Positions 36,956-48,670 of a stretch of 64,000 nucleotides of DNA are shown here, in pieces (position 1 is the first letter of the stretch; the number at the start of each line of letters is the position of its first letter). The position numbers were made by a program, and so were the translations under genes. The notes under the pieces are model-generated. The model saw only the letters and a list, made by a program, of their open reading frames with translations. It did not search any database and was not told the origin of the DNA. This DNA comes from an uncultured bacterium (GTDB lineage Bacteria > Eisenbacteria > RBG-16-71-46): contig CAYQNV010000081.1 in NCBI GenBank assembly GCA_964418975.1, positions 26,194 to 90,193 on the forward strand, in the 5' to 3' direction.

Positions 36956-38248
36956 CTACCCTGCTGGAGGCCGTCGCAGGACGACCACCGTCAAGTCATC
37001 GGGGAAGGTCTCGCAGCGGCTGAACGCGCGCGTCTCGCGCACGACGGTGTCCACCAGCGCCGCGGCTGGTAGGTGCCGCGAACGCCGCAGCAGCTCGGAG
37101 AGTCGCTCGGAGCCCAACAGCTCCCCGTCCGGGTCGGCGCTCTCGACGACGCCGTCCGTGTAGAGCAACAGCGTGTCGCCGGGCTCCAGCCGGGTCACAC
37201 CGGTCTCGTAACGCGAATCGGTGAAGATCCCCAGCGGCAGCCCGCCCCGTTCCAGGAGCTCGATGGCTCCGTCGGAGCGCACGAGCAGCGGCGGGTTGTG
37301 CCCACAGTTCGTGTACGTGAGACACGCGTCGCGCCGGTCCAGCACGCCATACACGCACGTCACGTACGCGGTGTCCCCAGTGGTGTCAGGCAGAAGTGCG
37401 TTGACGCGGTTCGCGAGGTGCGACGGGTCGCGCCGGCGCCGGGCCTGCGAGCGGAGCACCGAACGAAAGCCCGTCATGCTGAGCGCGGCCGGGATGCCTT
37501 TGCCGGAGACGTCCGCCACCACCACGCTCAGGCAATCGTCGTCGAGCGGGATGAAATCGAAGTAGTCCCCGCCGATCGCGAAGCACGGGATACACGTGCC
37601 GGCGATGTCGAAACCCGGGAACAGCGGCGCGGCCGCCGGCAGCAGCCGCGACTGCACCTCGTGTGCGAGGCGCATCTGGTCCTCCAGCTTGCGGCGCTCG
37701 ATCACCTGATGATGCAGCATCGCTCGGTCGATGCAGGCGGTCGCGGCGTCGGCGAACAGCCGCAACAGCTCGACATCCTCCGTGCTGAACGCGTCGAGCC
37801 GATCACTCTCCAGGTTCAGCGCGCCGATCGCCTCGCCCGCCCCCATCAGGGGCACGGCCACCTCGGATCGCGTGCGTTCGCGTCCCACGACGTAATGGGC
37901 ATCGAGTCGCACGTCGGGGGCTCGCACAGGCTCGCCCGTGCGGATGGCGTGGCCCACGATGCCGGCACCGCGCATGAGCATGAGGTCGTGGTCCACCGGG
38001 TGCGGGTCGTAGCCCCGCTGCACCATGGCGGCGATCTCCTGCCTTGGATCGCCCGCGGCTGCAGGCAGGGTGACGCGATTCAGCACGAACACGCCGCCCG
38101 CATCGTAGGCCACGGCGGTGTGCAGGGCGTCCAGCAGATGCCCCAGCACGTCGCCCAGGTCGAGCGAGCCGCGCACGCGCTGCGAGATCTCCAGCAGGAG
38201 CTGGTAGCGACGTTCCATCGCCGAGGCGAAGCGGGGCGGCTCGGTCAC
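36956..38248 (-). CDS. GAF domain-containing PP2C-type (SpoIIE/RsbU-like) protein phosphatase
   Basis: N-terminal GAF-like region. C-terminal PP2C motifs GDYFDFIPLDDDCLSVVVADVSGKGIPAAL and GDTLLLYTDGVVE. Starts 3 nt after the TRAP permease stop. Confidence 0.85.
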   Translation of the reverse strand: MTEPPRFASAMERRYQLLLEISQRVRGSLDLGDVLGHLLDALHTAVAYDAGGVFVLNRVTLPAAAGDPRQEIAAMVQRGYDPHPVDHDLMLMRGAGIVGHAIRTGEPVRAPDVRLDAHYVVGRERTRSEVAVPLMGAGEAIGALNLESDRLDAFSTEDVELLRLFADAATACIDRAMLHHQVIERRKLEDQMRLAHEVQSRLLPAAAPLFPGFDIAGTCIPCFAIGGDYFDFIPLDDDCLSVVVADVSGKGIPAALSMTGFRSVLRSQARRRRDPSHLANRVNALLPDTTGDTAYVTCVYGVLDRRDACLTYTNCGHNPPLLVRSDGAIELLERGGLPLGIFTDSRYETGVTRLEPGDTLLLYTDGVVESADPDGELLGSERLSELLRRSRHLPAAALVDTVVRETRAFSRCETFPDDLTVVVLRRPPAG

Positions 38249-38251
38249 TGG

Positions 38252-40105
38252 CTATCCCTTTCCGAGCAGCTGGAGCACCCCGGTCGTCATCTGCGGCAGG
38301 TAGGTGATGGCCAACGTGCCGGCACCGAGGATCAACAGGAACGGCACGACGTGGCGATAGAGCTCGGGCAACGGTTTGCCGAATCTCGATGACGCCAGGA
38401 ACAGGTTGAGCCCTGCGGGCGGGAACAGGAATCCCAACTCGAGGTTCGCGAGGAACACCACGCCGAGGTGGATCGGATCCACGCCGAATGCCGCGCCGAT
38501 GGGGGCCACGAGCGGGGCGAGGATGACGATGGCGGAGTAGATCTCGAGCACACTGCCGAGCACGAGCAGCACCACGTTCAGCACCAGCAGGAACATGTGC
38601 TGCGAGTGGATGTGCGCCTTGACGAACGCCAACAGCTGATCCGGGATCTGCGCGTCCACGAGCCAGCTGGTGAGGCCGAGCGCGCTGGCGAGCAGGATGA
38701 GCACTGCACCGCACAGCACGCTGGCCTTGACCAGCACCTTCGGCAGCTCGCGGAACCAGTGGATGTCGCGGGTGATGAAACACTCCACGACGATCGCGTA
38801 AGCAAACGCTACTGCCGCCGCCTCGACCATGGTGGTGAGTCCCGTGGTGAACAGCCCCACCACGAGCACGGGCACCGACAACTCCCACTTGGCCGCCCAC
38901 CCCGAGACCAGCGCCTCGCGCAGCATGAACGACTGTCGATGCGCGGTGAGTCCTCGCCCCACCCACATGCCGTAACCCGCCACGATGAGGATCAGCAAGA
39001 GGCCAGGGACCAGGCCGGCGAGGTAGAGCGAATCCGCCGGCACGTTCGCCACCACGGCATAGAGGATCACGGGCAGGCTCGGCGGCAACAGCAAGCCCAG
39101 GCTGCCCGACGCCGTGACCAGGCCGAGCGAGAAGCCCTCGCGGTAGCCGTCCTTGAGCAATATCGGCAGCAGCAGGCCGCCGAGCGCCATGATCGTGACG
39201 CCGGAGCCCCCGGTGAACGTGGTGAAAAGCGCGCACACGGCCGCCACCAGTACCGCGACCCCTCCCGGCATCCAGCCGAACAGCGCGCGGAAGAAACGCA
39301 CCAGGCGCTGCGACGCCTGCGACTCCGCCATGACGTAGCCGCACGCCGTCAGCAACGGCACGGCGGGAAGCGTCGGCGACACCATCAGGCGATAGATGTC
39401 GGCGGTCACAGCGGACACGGGCACGCCATCCTTGAAGAACAGCACCAGAGCGATGCCGCCCATGGCGACGAACACCGGGGCGCCGACGAGCGCTGCGAGC
39501 ACGATCACCGCGACAAGCGGTAGCGCCAACGAAGGCGCCGCGCCCGGGACGGCGCCCAGCGACAGCGCGACCGCGATGGCGGCGAACGCGATCAATCGGC
39601 CCTGCCAGCGGACCGAGGCGCCCCAGGCGAAACGCACGGCGAGCAGTGCGAGCGCCACCGGCATGACGCACTCGCTCACCCACACCGGGATGCCGATGGC
39701 GAGCAGCTTGCCCTGTTCGCGATCGGCCATGACCACGCCGTATGCTGAATAGGACAGCACGGCGCAGACGGCGGCTGCCACGGCGGCGGAGAACACGCTT
39801 GCGGCACTTCGGACGCGCGCTTTCTCGATGGCTTCGGCGGTGGACAACGTGAGGTGCTGCCGCTCGCGCGCGGCGAGCAGTCCGCCGAGGAGTGCCAGCC
39901 ACAGCGTGAGTTGCGCGCGGTACTCCGACGAGCCGGGCACCGAGAACCCACCGAACGGCCGGCCGAGGGCGTCCACGAGCGGGATGAGCATGGAGCACAG
40001 GAACGCGATCACCAGCACTCCGCCTTCAAAGGAGTGCAGGAATGCGCCGAGTCGACTCGCAGGGGGCGGCGGGGACTGCGTGTGCATGGGCGGGGACACT
40101 AGCAC
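38252..40105 (-). CDS. TRAP transporter fused permease subunit (DctQ-DctM fusion, TAXI-type)
   Basis: 617 aa. ~16 predicted TM helices. Small-permease-like N-terminal 4 TM plus large DctM-like domain. No solute-binding protein gene adjacent. Confidence 0.85.
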   Translation of the reverse strand: MLVSPPMHTQSPPPPASRLGAFLHSFEGGVLVIAFLCSMLIPLVDALGRPFGGFSVPGSSEYRAQLTLWLALLGGLLAARERQHLTLSTAEAIEKARVRSAASVFSAAVAAAVCAVLSYSAYGVVMADREQGKLLAIGIPVWVSECVMPVALALLAVRFAWGASVRWQGRLIAFAAIAVALSLGAVPGAAPSLALPLVAVIVLAALVGAPVFVAMGGIALVLFFKDGVPVSAVTADIYRLMVSPTLPAVPLLTACGYVMAESQASQRLVRFFRALFGWMPGGVAVLVAAVCALFTTFTGGSGVTIMALGGLLLPILLKDGYREGFSLGLVTASGSLGLLLPPSLPVILYAVVANVPADSLYLAGLVPGLLLILIVAGYGMWVGRGLTAHRQSFMLREALVSGWAAKWELSVPVLVVGLFTTGLTTMVEAAAVAFAYAIVVECFITRDIHWFRELPKVLVKASVLCGAVLILLASALGLTSWLVDAQIPDQLLAFVKAHIHSQHMFLLVLNVVLLVLGSVLEIYSAIVILAPLVAPIGAAFGVDPIHLGVVFLANLELGFLFPPAGLNLFLASSRFGKPLPELYRHVVPFLLILGAGTLAITYLPQMTTGVLQLLGKG

Positions 40106-40186
40106 GGGGGCGTTGCTTGCATCCCGAGAGCCTGGCTGGACCGGTTCCGTCTGAAGGCTTGCTTTTCACCCTGGCTTGGCGACGGC

Positions 40187-40252
40187 GGAAGGCAGGGTCG
40201 ACTCGTTCGCGGGTACCCCGGCGGCCCCACTCACGAATCGACCCTGCCTTCC
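40187..40252. repeat. 19-bp imperfect inverted repeat (ggaaggcagggtcgaCtcg ... cgaAtcgaccctgccttcc) with 28-nt loop containing a GGGTACCC palindrome; a partial direct copy (cgaatcgaccc) lies ~25 nt further 3'. Sits in the 5' leader of the TRAP gene, 3' of the DUF2911 gene
   Basis: Read directly from the sequence. Candidate terminator or structured leader. Confidence 0.35.
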
Positions 40253-40361
40253 ACCTGACTGTCAAGCAGCTCTCGAATCGACCCAGCCTCGCGCCGGGCT
40301 TCCAATCAGCTCCACGTGCGCCTTGCCCGCACAGCTGCTCGAGGGCGCGACTTCCTTGGGG

Positions 40362-41525
40362 CTACTCCGCCTTCAACGTGAAGTTGGCGGAAGCGCGCGT
40401 CGCGTCCCAGTCGAGATGCAGGAAGCCACCGGTGGGGTGCGCTTCGATACTGATGGTAAAGCGCTCAACCACTTGAGGTAGCGTGGAAACGTTCATGTCG
40501 ATGGTGAAGACGTCGCGATCCGGCTTGTGGGCGGTGCCGGGTTGGCCGGTCTCGCTGTTGATGATGAGCTTCCAGCCCGTCGGGCCGGGAATCGTCCACA
40601 GGGAGTAGAAACCCGCCGGCACCGTGCTACCGCCGAAATTCAGTGGTTTGTCAGTGCGGAACTGCGTCGCGGCGTTGGCGCCAGTGCGCCACAGCGCGCC
40701 GTAGGGCACGAGGTTCCCGAACACGACGCGCCCGCGCTTGGCGGGGCGGCCATAGTCGATGGTGATGTTCGCAGCGGACGCGGCGGTGGTGCGGATCGTG
40801 TCGCGCGGCGAGAGCGTACCGAGGCTGCCGCCGGAAGACTCTCGGGCTTTGTACCCGGCCGCGACGGCCTCGATGTCGAGCGGGGCAATACGCGACAGCG
40901 CCACGCGGAACGTGCCGGCAAGCGCGCGCGTTCCGAGCATGCGACCTTGCTTGTCGATGCGGGCATGGATCAGGTCGCCGCGCGAGATCCACAGCGACAC
41001 GGAGTCGGCGCCCAAGCGCTCGATGCGATAGCGCTCGGTGTTCGGGGTGCCGAGGAAGTGCACGCGGCCCCCGAGCGTGTCGGCTCGCGACTGGACCAGG
41101 CGCTGCACCTCACGCTCATACACCGCCCAGGGACTCGTGCCCGCCACCACCAGCGCGCCTCGTGGGAGTGCGATCGCCGATCGGACCGGGGCGGCCGTTC
41201 CCGTCTGCACCACGCCCCGCAGCGTGTCGCCGTCCACCGTGTCCGCGATGGTCTGGGTGGGCGTGGGCGAGCCCGGAGGGGTGACCACCATGGAGAGGCG
41301 GGCGAACACGCCGTCCTTGAACTCGTAGACGATCTGGCGGCGCAGCAGTCGCGGCGCTCGGCCGACCTGGTCCACCTCGAGGCGATCCTTCGTGCGCCGG
41401 TAACGTTCGACGCTGGTGGTGTCCTGGCCCAGTGTGAGCAGGAAGCTCCCGCCGTCGTCCGCCACGGCGGGCGGGGCGAGTGCGCAACAGAACAGGACGG
41501 CGAACAGACGCGTCATGCGAGACAT
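40362..41525 (-). CDS. Secreted DUF2911-domain protein
   Basis: Signal peptide MSRMTRLFAVLFCCALAPPAVA. C-terminal DYGRPAKRGRVVFGNLVPYGALWRTGANAATQFRTDKPLNFGGSTVPAGFYSLWTIP matches my recollection of DUF2911. Confidence 0.65.
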   Translation of the reverse strand: MSRMTRLFAVLFCCALAPPAVADDGGSFLLTLGQDTTSVERYRRTKDRLEVDQVGRAPRLLRRQIVYEFKDGVFARLSMVVTPPGSPTPTQTIADTVDGDTLRGVVQTGTAAPVRSAIALPRGALVVAGTSPWAVYEREVQRLVQSRADTLGGRVHFLGTPNTERYRIERLGADSVSLWISRGDLIHARIDKQGRMLGTRALAGTFRVALSRIAPLDIEAVAAGYKARESSGGSLGTLSPRDTIRTTAASAANITIDYGRPAKRGRVVFGNLVPYGALWRTGANAATQFRTDKPLNFGGSTVPAGFYSLWTIPGPTGWKLIINSETGQPGTAHKPDRDVFTIDMNVSTLPQVVERFTISIEAHPTGGFLHLDWDATRASANFTLKAE

Positions 41526-41718
41526 GGCAGTTCCCTTCGTCAGACGGTGGCGGATGCGGTGCCGAGTGTGGACGAGCCACCGTAGCGCGCGAGCCACGAA
41601 TCGTGACGAACGCACCACGAACGCGGTGCGCGGGATGCCCGGCGTGGGTCGTGCTCGAGAGATCAAAAGGCGGCCCCGATATGCTTGGAGTCCGGGTCGC
41701 GCGTAGCGCGCGACACTC

Positions 41719-42183
41719 TTGGAAAGGAAGCCCGCCCTGCCAGAGGAACACTCGCTCGCCGCACCGTTGGAGCTATTCCTGAAAGCCATCCGCGAGGACC
41801 GACCGCGCGATGCGGAGCGGATCCTTGGGCGGTATCCCGGCATCGCCGAGGCTCAAGAATTCGGTGTTTGGTGCGTGCTCGGTGATGGGGCCCGCGTTTC
41901 GGCCGCGCTCGCGACCGATCCGGGTGTGGCCACGAGGCCCCGCACCGGCGAAAGCTGGCCGCCGCTGCTCTACGCGTGCGCCTCGTGGCTGCATGTGCGC
42001 GGTGAACCCGAGGCCGCGGCACTGGCCAACGTGATCCGCCTGCTCGTCCGGGCCGGGGCGGATCGCGCCACGGCCATCAACCGCTGGGGAGAGCCGCCCG
42101 AACGCATGGGGTCGGCTTTCGCGACGGCGCGACTCGTCGCGGCGGGCCTGGCGCCACGCGAGGCGCTCGAGTGCGAAGAATGA
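41719..42183 (+). CDS. Small ankyrin-repeat-like protein (start uncertain; the ORF track uses TTG)
   Basis: High GC3. Ankyrin-like segments PPLLYACASWLHVRGEPEAAALANVIRLLVRAGADRATAIN. The stop overlaps the MFP ATG (ATGA). Confidence 0.4.
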   Translation: MERKPALPEEHSLAAPLELFLKAIREDRPRDAERILGRYPGIAEAQEFGVWCVLGDGARVSAALATDPGVATRPRTGESWPPLLYACASWLHVRGEPEAAALANVIRLLVRAGADRATAINRWGEPPERMGSAFATARLVAAGLAPREALECEE

Positions 42184-43412
42184 CGCGACCCGCGGGGCTG
42201 GCGCCGACGGCAGGGGCGTGCTTGAATGGGCCGGACCTCATGCGCCCCGCTCTCCCGACGCTCCACCCGCGACGCTCGCAGACCGGTGTCGTCCGCTCGC
42301 TGATCGCGCTGCTGGCCTTCGTCATCGGTTGCGGCTCGCGTGAGGCGCGTCGGCCGTCGCGCGTGCCGGTGACGGTGGCGACCGTCGAGACACGCAGCGT
42401 CCCGTGGGAATGGGAAGCGACCGGCACGGTCGAGCCCGTGGCCTCGGCCGAGGTGACCGCGCAGGTGGGCGGGATCGTCACGCGTATCGCGTTCCGCGAG
42501 GGCGATGGCGTGCGAGCGGGAGCCCCGCTCGTGCTGCTCGACGCGCGGCCATTCGAAGCGCAAGTAGCGCAGGCCGAAGCCGCGCTCGCGCGCGACCGCG
42601 CCCAGGCGCGGAGTGCGAGGCTCGAGCTCGAACGGTCCGAGGTCCTGGCCCGCCAACAGGTGCTCGCGAGCAGCGAGCTGGAAGTCAAACGCGGTATCGC
42701 CGACGCGTTGCTCGCGAGTGTGCAAGGGGACTCGGCCTTGCTCGCAAGCGCGCGGCTCGACTTGGCCTATGCCACGGTGCGCGCGCCGATCTCGGGACGC
42801 ACCGGTCGGCTGCGCGTGCACGTGGGCGACGTGGTCAAGCCGAGCGATCCGGCGAACCCCGTGGTGAGCATTCATCAGCTGCGGCCCATCCGCGTCGCGT
42901 TCACCATTCCCCAGGCGGATTTGGACGCCCTGCGAAGCGAGCGACGAGGCGGCGTGAGAGTGCTCGCCTCGACCCAGGCTTCAGACTCGACCTGGGCCGA
43001 GGGGCAGCTCGCGTTCATCGACCACGAGGTGGACGCCGCCACGGGCACGGTGCTGCTCAAGGGCGAGTTCGCCAATCGAGACGGCGCGTTGTGGCCGGGT
43101 GCGTTCGCGCGCGTGCGACTGCGGCTGCGCGACGAGACCGACGCCATCGTGGTGCCCGCGGCCGCGGTCGGCAACTCGCAGAGCGGCGCCTACAGTTACG
43201 TGCTGCGCCCGGACACGACAGTGGAGATGCGCCCGGTGCAGGTGGCGCGCACCTGGCGCGGCCTGGCGGTGATCGCGTCCGGGCTCCGACCCGGCGAGCA
43301 GGTGGTCACGGATGGCCAGGTGCGACTGTCGCCCGGCGCGCGCGCGAGCATCCGCCCGCCGGCGCCCGTGGGCGCGCCCGCCACCGGCAATCCGACCGTG
43401 CGTCGGCCATGA
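42180..43412 (+). CDS. Efflux RND transporter periplasmic adaptor subunit (MFP/HlyD family) lipoprotein. Alternative start 42240 (MRPALPTL...) gives a canonical lipoprotein signal
   Basis: Lipobox LLAFVIGCGS. Coiled-coil hairpin region EAQVAQAEAALARDRAQARSARLELERSEVLARQQV. Beta-barrel and MP domains. The stop overlaps the RND pump ATG (ATGA). Confidence 0.85.
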   Translation: MTRPAGLAPTAGACLNGPDLMRPALPTLHPRRSQTGVVRSLIALLAFVIGCGSREARRPSRVPVTVATVETRSVPWEWEATGTVEPVASAEVTAQVGGIVTRIAFREGDGVRAGAPLVLLDARPFEAQVAQAEAALARDRAQARSARLELERSEVLARQQVLASSELEVKRGIADALLASVQGDSALLASARLDLAYATVRAPISGRTGRLRVHVGDVVKPSDPANPVVSIHQLRPIRVAFTIPQADLDALRSERRGGVRVLASTQASDSTWAEGQLAFIDHEVDAATGTVLLKGEFANRDGALWPGAFARVRLRLRDETDAIVVPAAAVGNSQSGAYSYVLRPDTTVEMRPVQVARTWRGLAVIASGLRPGEQVVTDGQVRLSPGARASIRPPAPVGAPATGNPTVRRP

Positions 43413-46400
43413 ACCTGTCGGCGCCGTTCATCCGCCGCCCGATCGCGACGATGCTCATCATGCTGGGCATCGTATTCATGGGCGCGCTCGCCTACCCGCA
43501 ACTTCCGGTGAGCGACCTGCCCAACGTGGACTACCCGGTCATCAATGTGCGCGCGAGCCTGCCCGGCGGCAGCCCACAGACCGTCGCGGCGGCCGTGGCC
43601 ACGCCGCTCGAGAAGGAGTTCTCCACCATCGCCGGGCTCGAGACCATGACTTCGAGCAGCGGGCTCGGCGGCACGACCATCACGCTGCAGTTCTCGCTGA
43701 ATCGGGACATCGACGCCGCGGCGCAGGACGTGCAGGCCGCGATCGCCCAGACGCTGCGGCAACTTCCGCAGGGCACACTGCCACCGTCCTACGGAAAATC
43801 GAATCCGGCGGATTCTCCCATCCTGTTCCTCGCGCTCACCAGCGACGTGCTCACGCTGCCGGCGCTCGACGAGTACGCCCAGACCACGATCGCGCAACGC
43901 TTGAGCACGGTGGAGGGCGTAGCGCAGGTGCAGGTGTTCGGCTCGCAGAAGTACGCGGTGCGTGTGCAGCTCGATCCGCAGGCCCTCGCCGCGCGCGGCG
44001 TCGGCATCGACCAGGTGTCGAGCGCCATCGCTTCCGGCAACGTGAGCCTGCCCACGGGTGTGCTGTGGGGCCCCGACGAGGCAGTGACGCTGCGCTCGCA
44101 CGGCCAGCTCGAGAGCGCGCGCGAGTTCCGTGACCTGGTCATCAAGGCCCAGGATGGCGCGTTGGTGCGGCTGGGTGACCTGGGGCAGGTGGTGGACGGC
44201 GTCCAGGACAGTCGCGTCGCCAGCTGGTTCAACGGTCGGCGGGCGATCGTGCTCGCGATCAATCGCCAGCCCGGCACCAACACCGTGCGCGTGGCCGACG
44301 CGGTGCACGCGATGGTCGAAGTGCTGAAGCCCCAGCTGCCGGGCTCGGTCAAGATCGAGACGCTCAACGACCGCTCCATCTCGATCCGACATTCCGTGAA
44401 CGACGTGCAGATGACGCTGCTGCTCACGCTCGTGCTGGTGGTGCTCGTCATCTACCTGTTCCTGCGCAACGCCTCGGCCACGCTCATCCCCAGCCTGGCG
44501 CTGCCACTGTCGCTCGTGGGCACGTTCGCGGTGATGAAGCCACTGGGTTTCAGCCTCGACAACCTGTCGCTCATGGCACTCACCCTGTCGGTGGGATTCG
44601 TGGTGGACGACGCCATCGTCATGCTCGAGAACGTCGTCCGACATATGGAGATGGGGAAGCCGCCGCTGCAGGCCGCGCTCGACGGCTCGCGCGAGATCGG
44701 TTTCACCATCCTGTCGATGACGCTGTCGCTGGTGGCCGTGTTCATCCCGGTGTTGCTGATGGGTGGACTCCTGGGCCGGCTGTTCCACGAGTTCGCAGTG
44801 GTGATCAGCGTGGCCATCCTCATCTCCGGCGTGGTGTCGCTCACGCTCACGCCCATGATGGCGAGCCGGTTCCTCAAGCCCGGCGGTCATCACTCCCAGC
44901 GCGGCGTGCTGCGCTTCACCGAGGACCTGTTCACGCGGTCGCTCGCCGCCTACGAGCGGAGCCTGGGCTGGGTCATGGATCATCGCCGCGTGGCGCTGGC
45001 GTTCTCGGCCGCGGTGCTCGCGGGCACCGCGGTGCTGTGGTGGTGGATCCCCAAGGGCTTCATCCCCAGCGAGGACATCGGCCAGTTGAGTGGCACGACC
45101 GAGGCGGCCGAGGGCACCTCGTTCGAGGCCATGGTCCGCAGCCAGCAACAGGTGGCCGCGATCCTCGCCAGGGACGAGAACGTCGCCGGCTTCATGTCGT
45201 CCGTCGGCGCAGGCGGCCGCGGCGGCAACTCGAACCAGGGTCGCCTCGTGATCCGACTCAAGCCGCGCGGGGACCGCAAGCTCAGCGCCGACCAGGTCGC
45301 CCGCGCGCTCGGACCGCGATTGAACACCATCCCTGGCATGCGGGTTTTCCTGCAAAACCCACCCCCCGTGCGCATCGGCAGCCGCTTCGCCAAGAGCCAG
45401 TACCAGTTCAGCGTGCAGGGCAGCGATCTGGCTTCGCTCTACGAGAACTCCGGCCGTCTCGAGGCGGCGTTGCGCCAGTCCGCGCGGCTCGAGAACGTGA
45501 CCAGCGACCTGCAGATCAAGAACCCCGAGATCCATGTGGAGCTCGACCGCGAACGCGCCGCCGCGCTGGGGGTGTCGCCGCGCCAGGTGGATGAGGCGCT
45601 GTACGACGCCTACGGCTCGCGGCAGGTGTCCACGATCTTCACCCCGACCAACCAGTACTGGGTGGTGCTCGAGCTGCTGCCGCAATACCAGCGTGACGTC
45701 TCGGCGCTGCGGCTGCTGCACGTGCGCTCGACGAACGGCACGCTGGTCCCGATCGGCGCCGTTGCACGCCTGACGCCCGGACTGGGGCCTCTCACCGTGA
45801 GCCACTCCGGGCAGTTGCCCGCCGTGACGCTGTCGTTCGACGTGCGGCCCGGCGTGGGCTTGAGCGAAGCGGTGAGCGAGGTGCAGTCCACGGCGCGTTC
45901 CGTGCTGTCCTCCGACATCTCCACGGGGTTCGCGGGCACCGCGCAAGCGTTTCAGTCGAGCCAGCAAGGGCTGATGCTGCTGCTGGTCGTGGCAGTGCTG
46001 GTGATCTACTTGGTCCTCGGCGTGTTGTACGAGAGCGTGGTGCACCCACTCACCATCCTGTCGGGCCTTCCCTTCGCCGGTTTCGGGGCGCTGCTCACGC
46101 TGGCGCTGTTCCGCACGGAGCTCTCCGTGTACGCATTCGTAGGCATCATCCTGCTCATCGGACTCGTCAAGAAGAACGCCATCATGATGATCGACTTCGC
46201 GCTGGACGCGGAACGCCGTTCAGGGAAATCGCCGCGCGACGCGATCATCGAAGCCTGCCTCGTGCGATTCCGCCCGATCATGATGACGACGATGGCGGCG
46301 CTCATAGGCACGCTCCCGATCGCGCTGGGCTGGGGTGCCGGCGCCGAGTCGCGCCGCCCCCTGGGACTGGCGGTGGTTGGCGGGCTCGCGTTCTCGCAGA

Positions 46401-46525
46401 TCGTGACGCTGTACGTCACGCCGGTGTTCTACACCTACCTCGATCGCCTCGCCCACCGTCTCCGCCGCCGCCCTCGCGCCGAAGCGACCGCCGCTCGCGA
46501 TCCGGCGGAGTCCGCTCGGGTGTGA
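43409..46525 (+). CDS. Efflux RND transporter permease (AcrB/CzcA family)
   Basis: MNLSAPFIRRPIATMLIMLGIVFMGALAYPQLPVS. 1038 aa. 12-TM plus two large periplasmic loops. Confidence 0.95.
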   Translation: MNLSAPFIRRPIATMLIMLGIVFMGALAYPQLPVSDLPNVDYPVINVRASLPGGSPQTVAAAVATPLEKEFSTIAGLETMTSSSGLGGTTITLQFSLNRDIDAAAQDVQAAIAQTLRQLPQGTLPPSYGKSNPADSPILFLALTSDVLTLPALDEYAQTTIAQRLSTVEGVAQVQVFGSQKYAVRVQLDPQALAARGVGIDQVSSAIASGNVSLPTGVLWGPDEAVTLRSHGQLESAREFRDLVIKAQDGALVRLGDLGQVVDGVQDSRVASWFNGRRAIVLAINRQPGTNTVRVADAVHAMVEVLKPQLPGSVKIETLNDRSISIRHSVNDVQMTLLLTLVLVVLVIYLFLRNASATLIPSLALPLSLVGTFAVMKPLGFSLDNLSLMALTLSVGFVVDDAIVMLENVVRHMEMGKPPLQAALDGSREIGFTILSMTLSLVAVFIPVLLMGGLLGRLFHEFAVVISVAILISGVVSLTLTPMMASRFLKPGGHHSQRGVLRFTEDLFTRSLAAYERSLGWVMDHRRVALAFSAAVLAGTAVLWWWIPKGFIPSEDIGQLSGTTEAAEGTSFEAMVRSQQQVAAILARDENVAGFMSSVGAGGRGGNSNQGRLVIRLKPRGDRKLSADQVARALGPRLNTIPGMRVFLQNPPPVRIGSRFAKSQYQFSVQGSDLASLYENSGRLEAALRQSARLENVTSDLQIKNPEIHVELDRERAAALGVSPRQVDEALYDAYGSRQVSTIFTPTNQYWVVLELLPQYQRDVSALRLLHVRSTNGTLVPIGAVARLTPGLGPLTVSHSGQLPAVTLSFDVRPGVGLSEAVSEVQSTARSVLSSDISTGFAGTAQAFQSSQQGLMLLLVVAVLVIYLVLGVLYESVVHPLTILSGLPFAGFGALLTLALFRTELSVYAFVGIILLIGLVKKNAIMMIDFALDAERRSGKSPRDAIIEACLVRFRPIMMTTMAALIGTLPIALGWGAGAESRRPLGLAVVGGLAFSQIVTLYVTPVFYTYLDRLAHRLRRRPRAEATAARDPAESARV

Positions 46526-46677
46526 GGCCGCTGCCGGCCGGCGCCGGGCCGGACGACGACGTTGGCACGGCGCGAGTGCTGGACAGGCGGCCGCGGATGA
46601 CGTTACTTCCGGGGTTCATCCTGCGCCCCGCGCCCCGTCCCGGGCGTGCCCGTTGCCTTTCCTACGAGATCGCCGAC

Positions 46678-48492
<1,815 letters not shown>

Positions 48493-48670
48493 TCGGTCGC
48501 CGTTCGGTCGGCGAGGAGCGCCTTGTCAGCCGGCGACGCGTACCCGAGAATCTACGCACGGTGGACCGGCCACGGCCACGGCCGCGGACCGGGCACCGCA
48601 ACGAACCGTCGCCGGAGCGGATCCACCCCCGTGCGGCGCCCTGTTGCCGGTCCTGCGAACCCGGAGTCCC

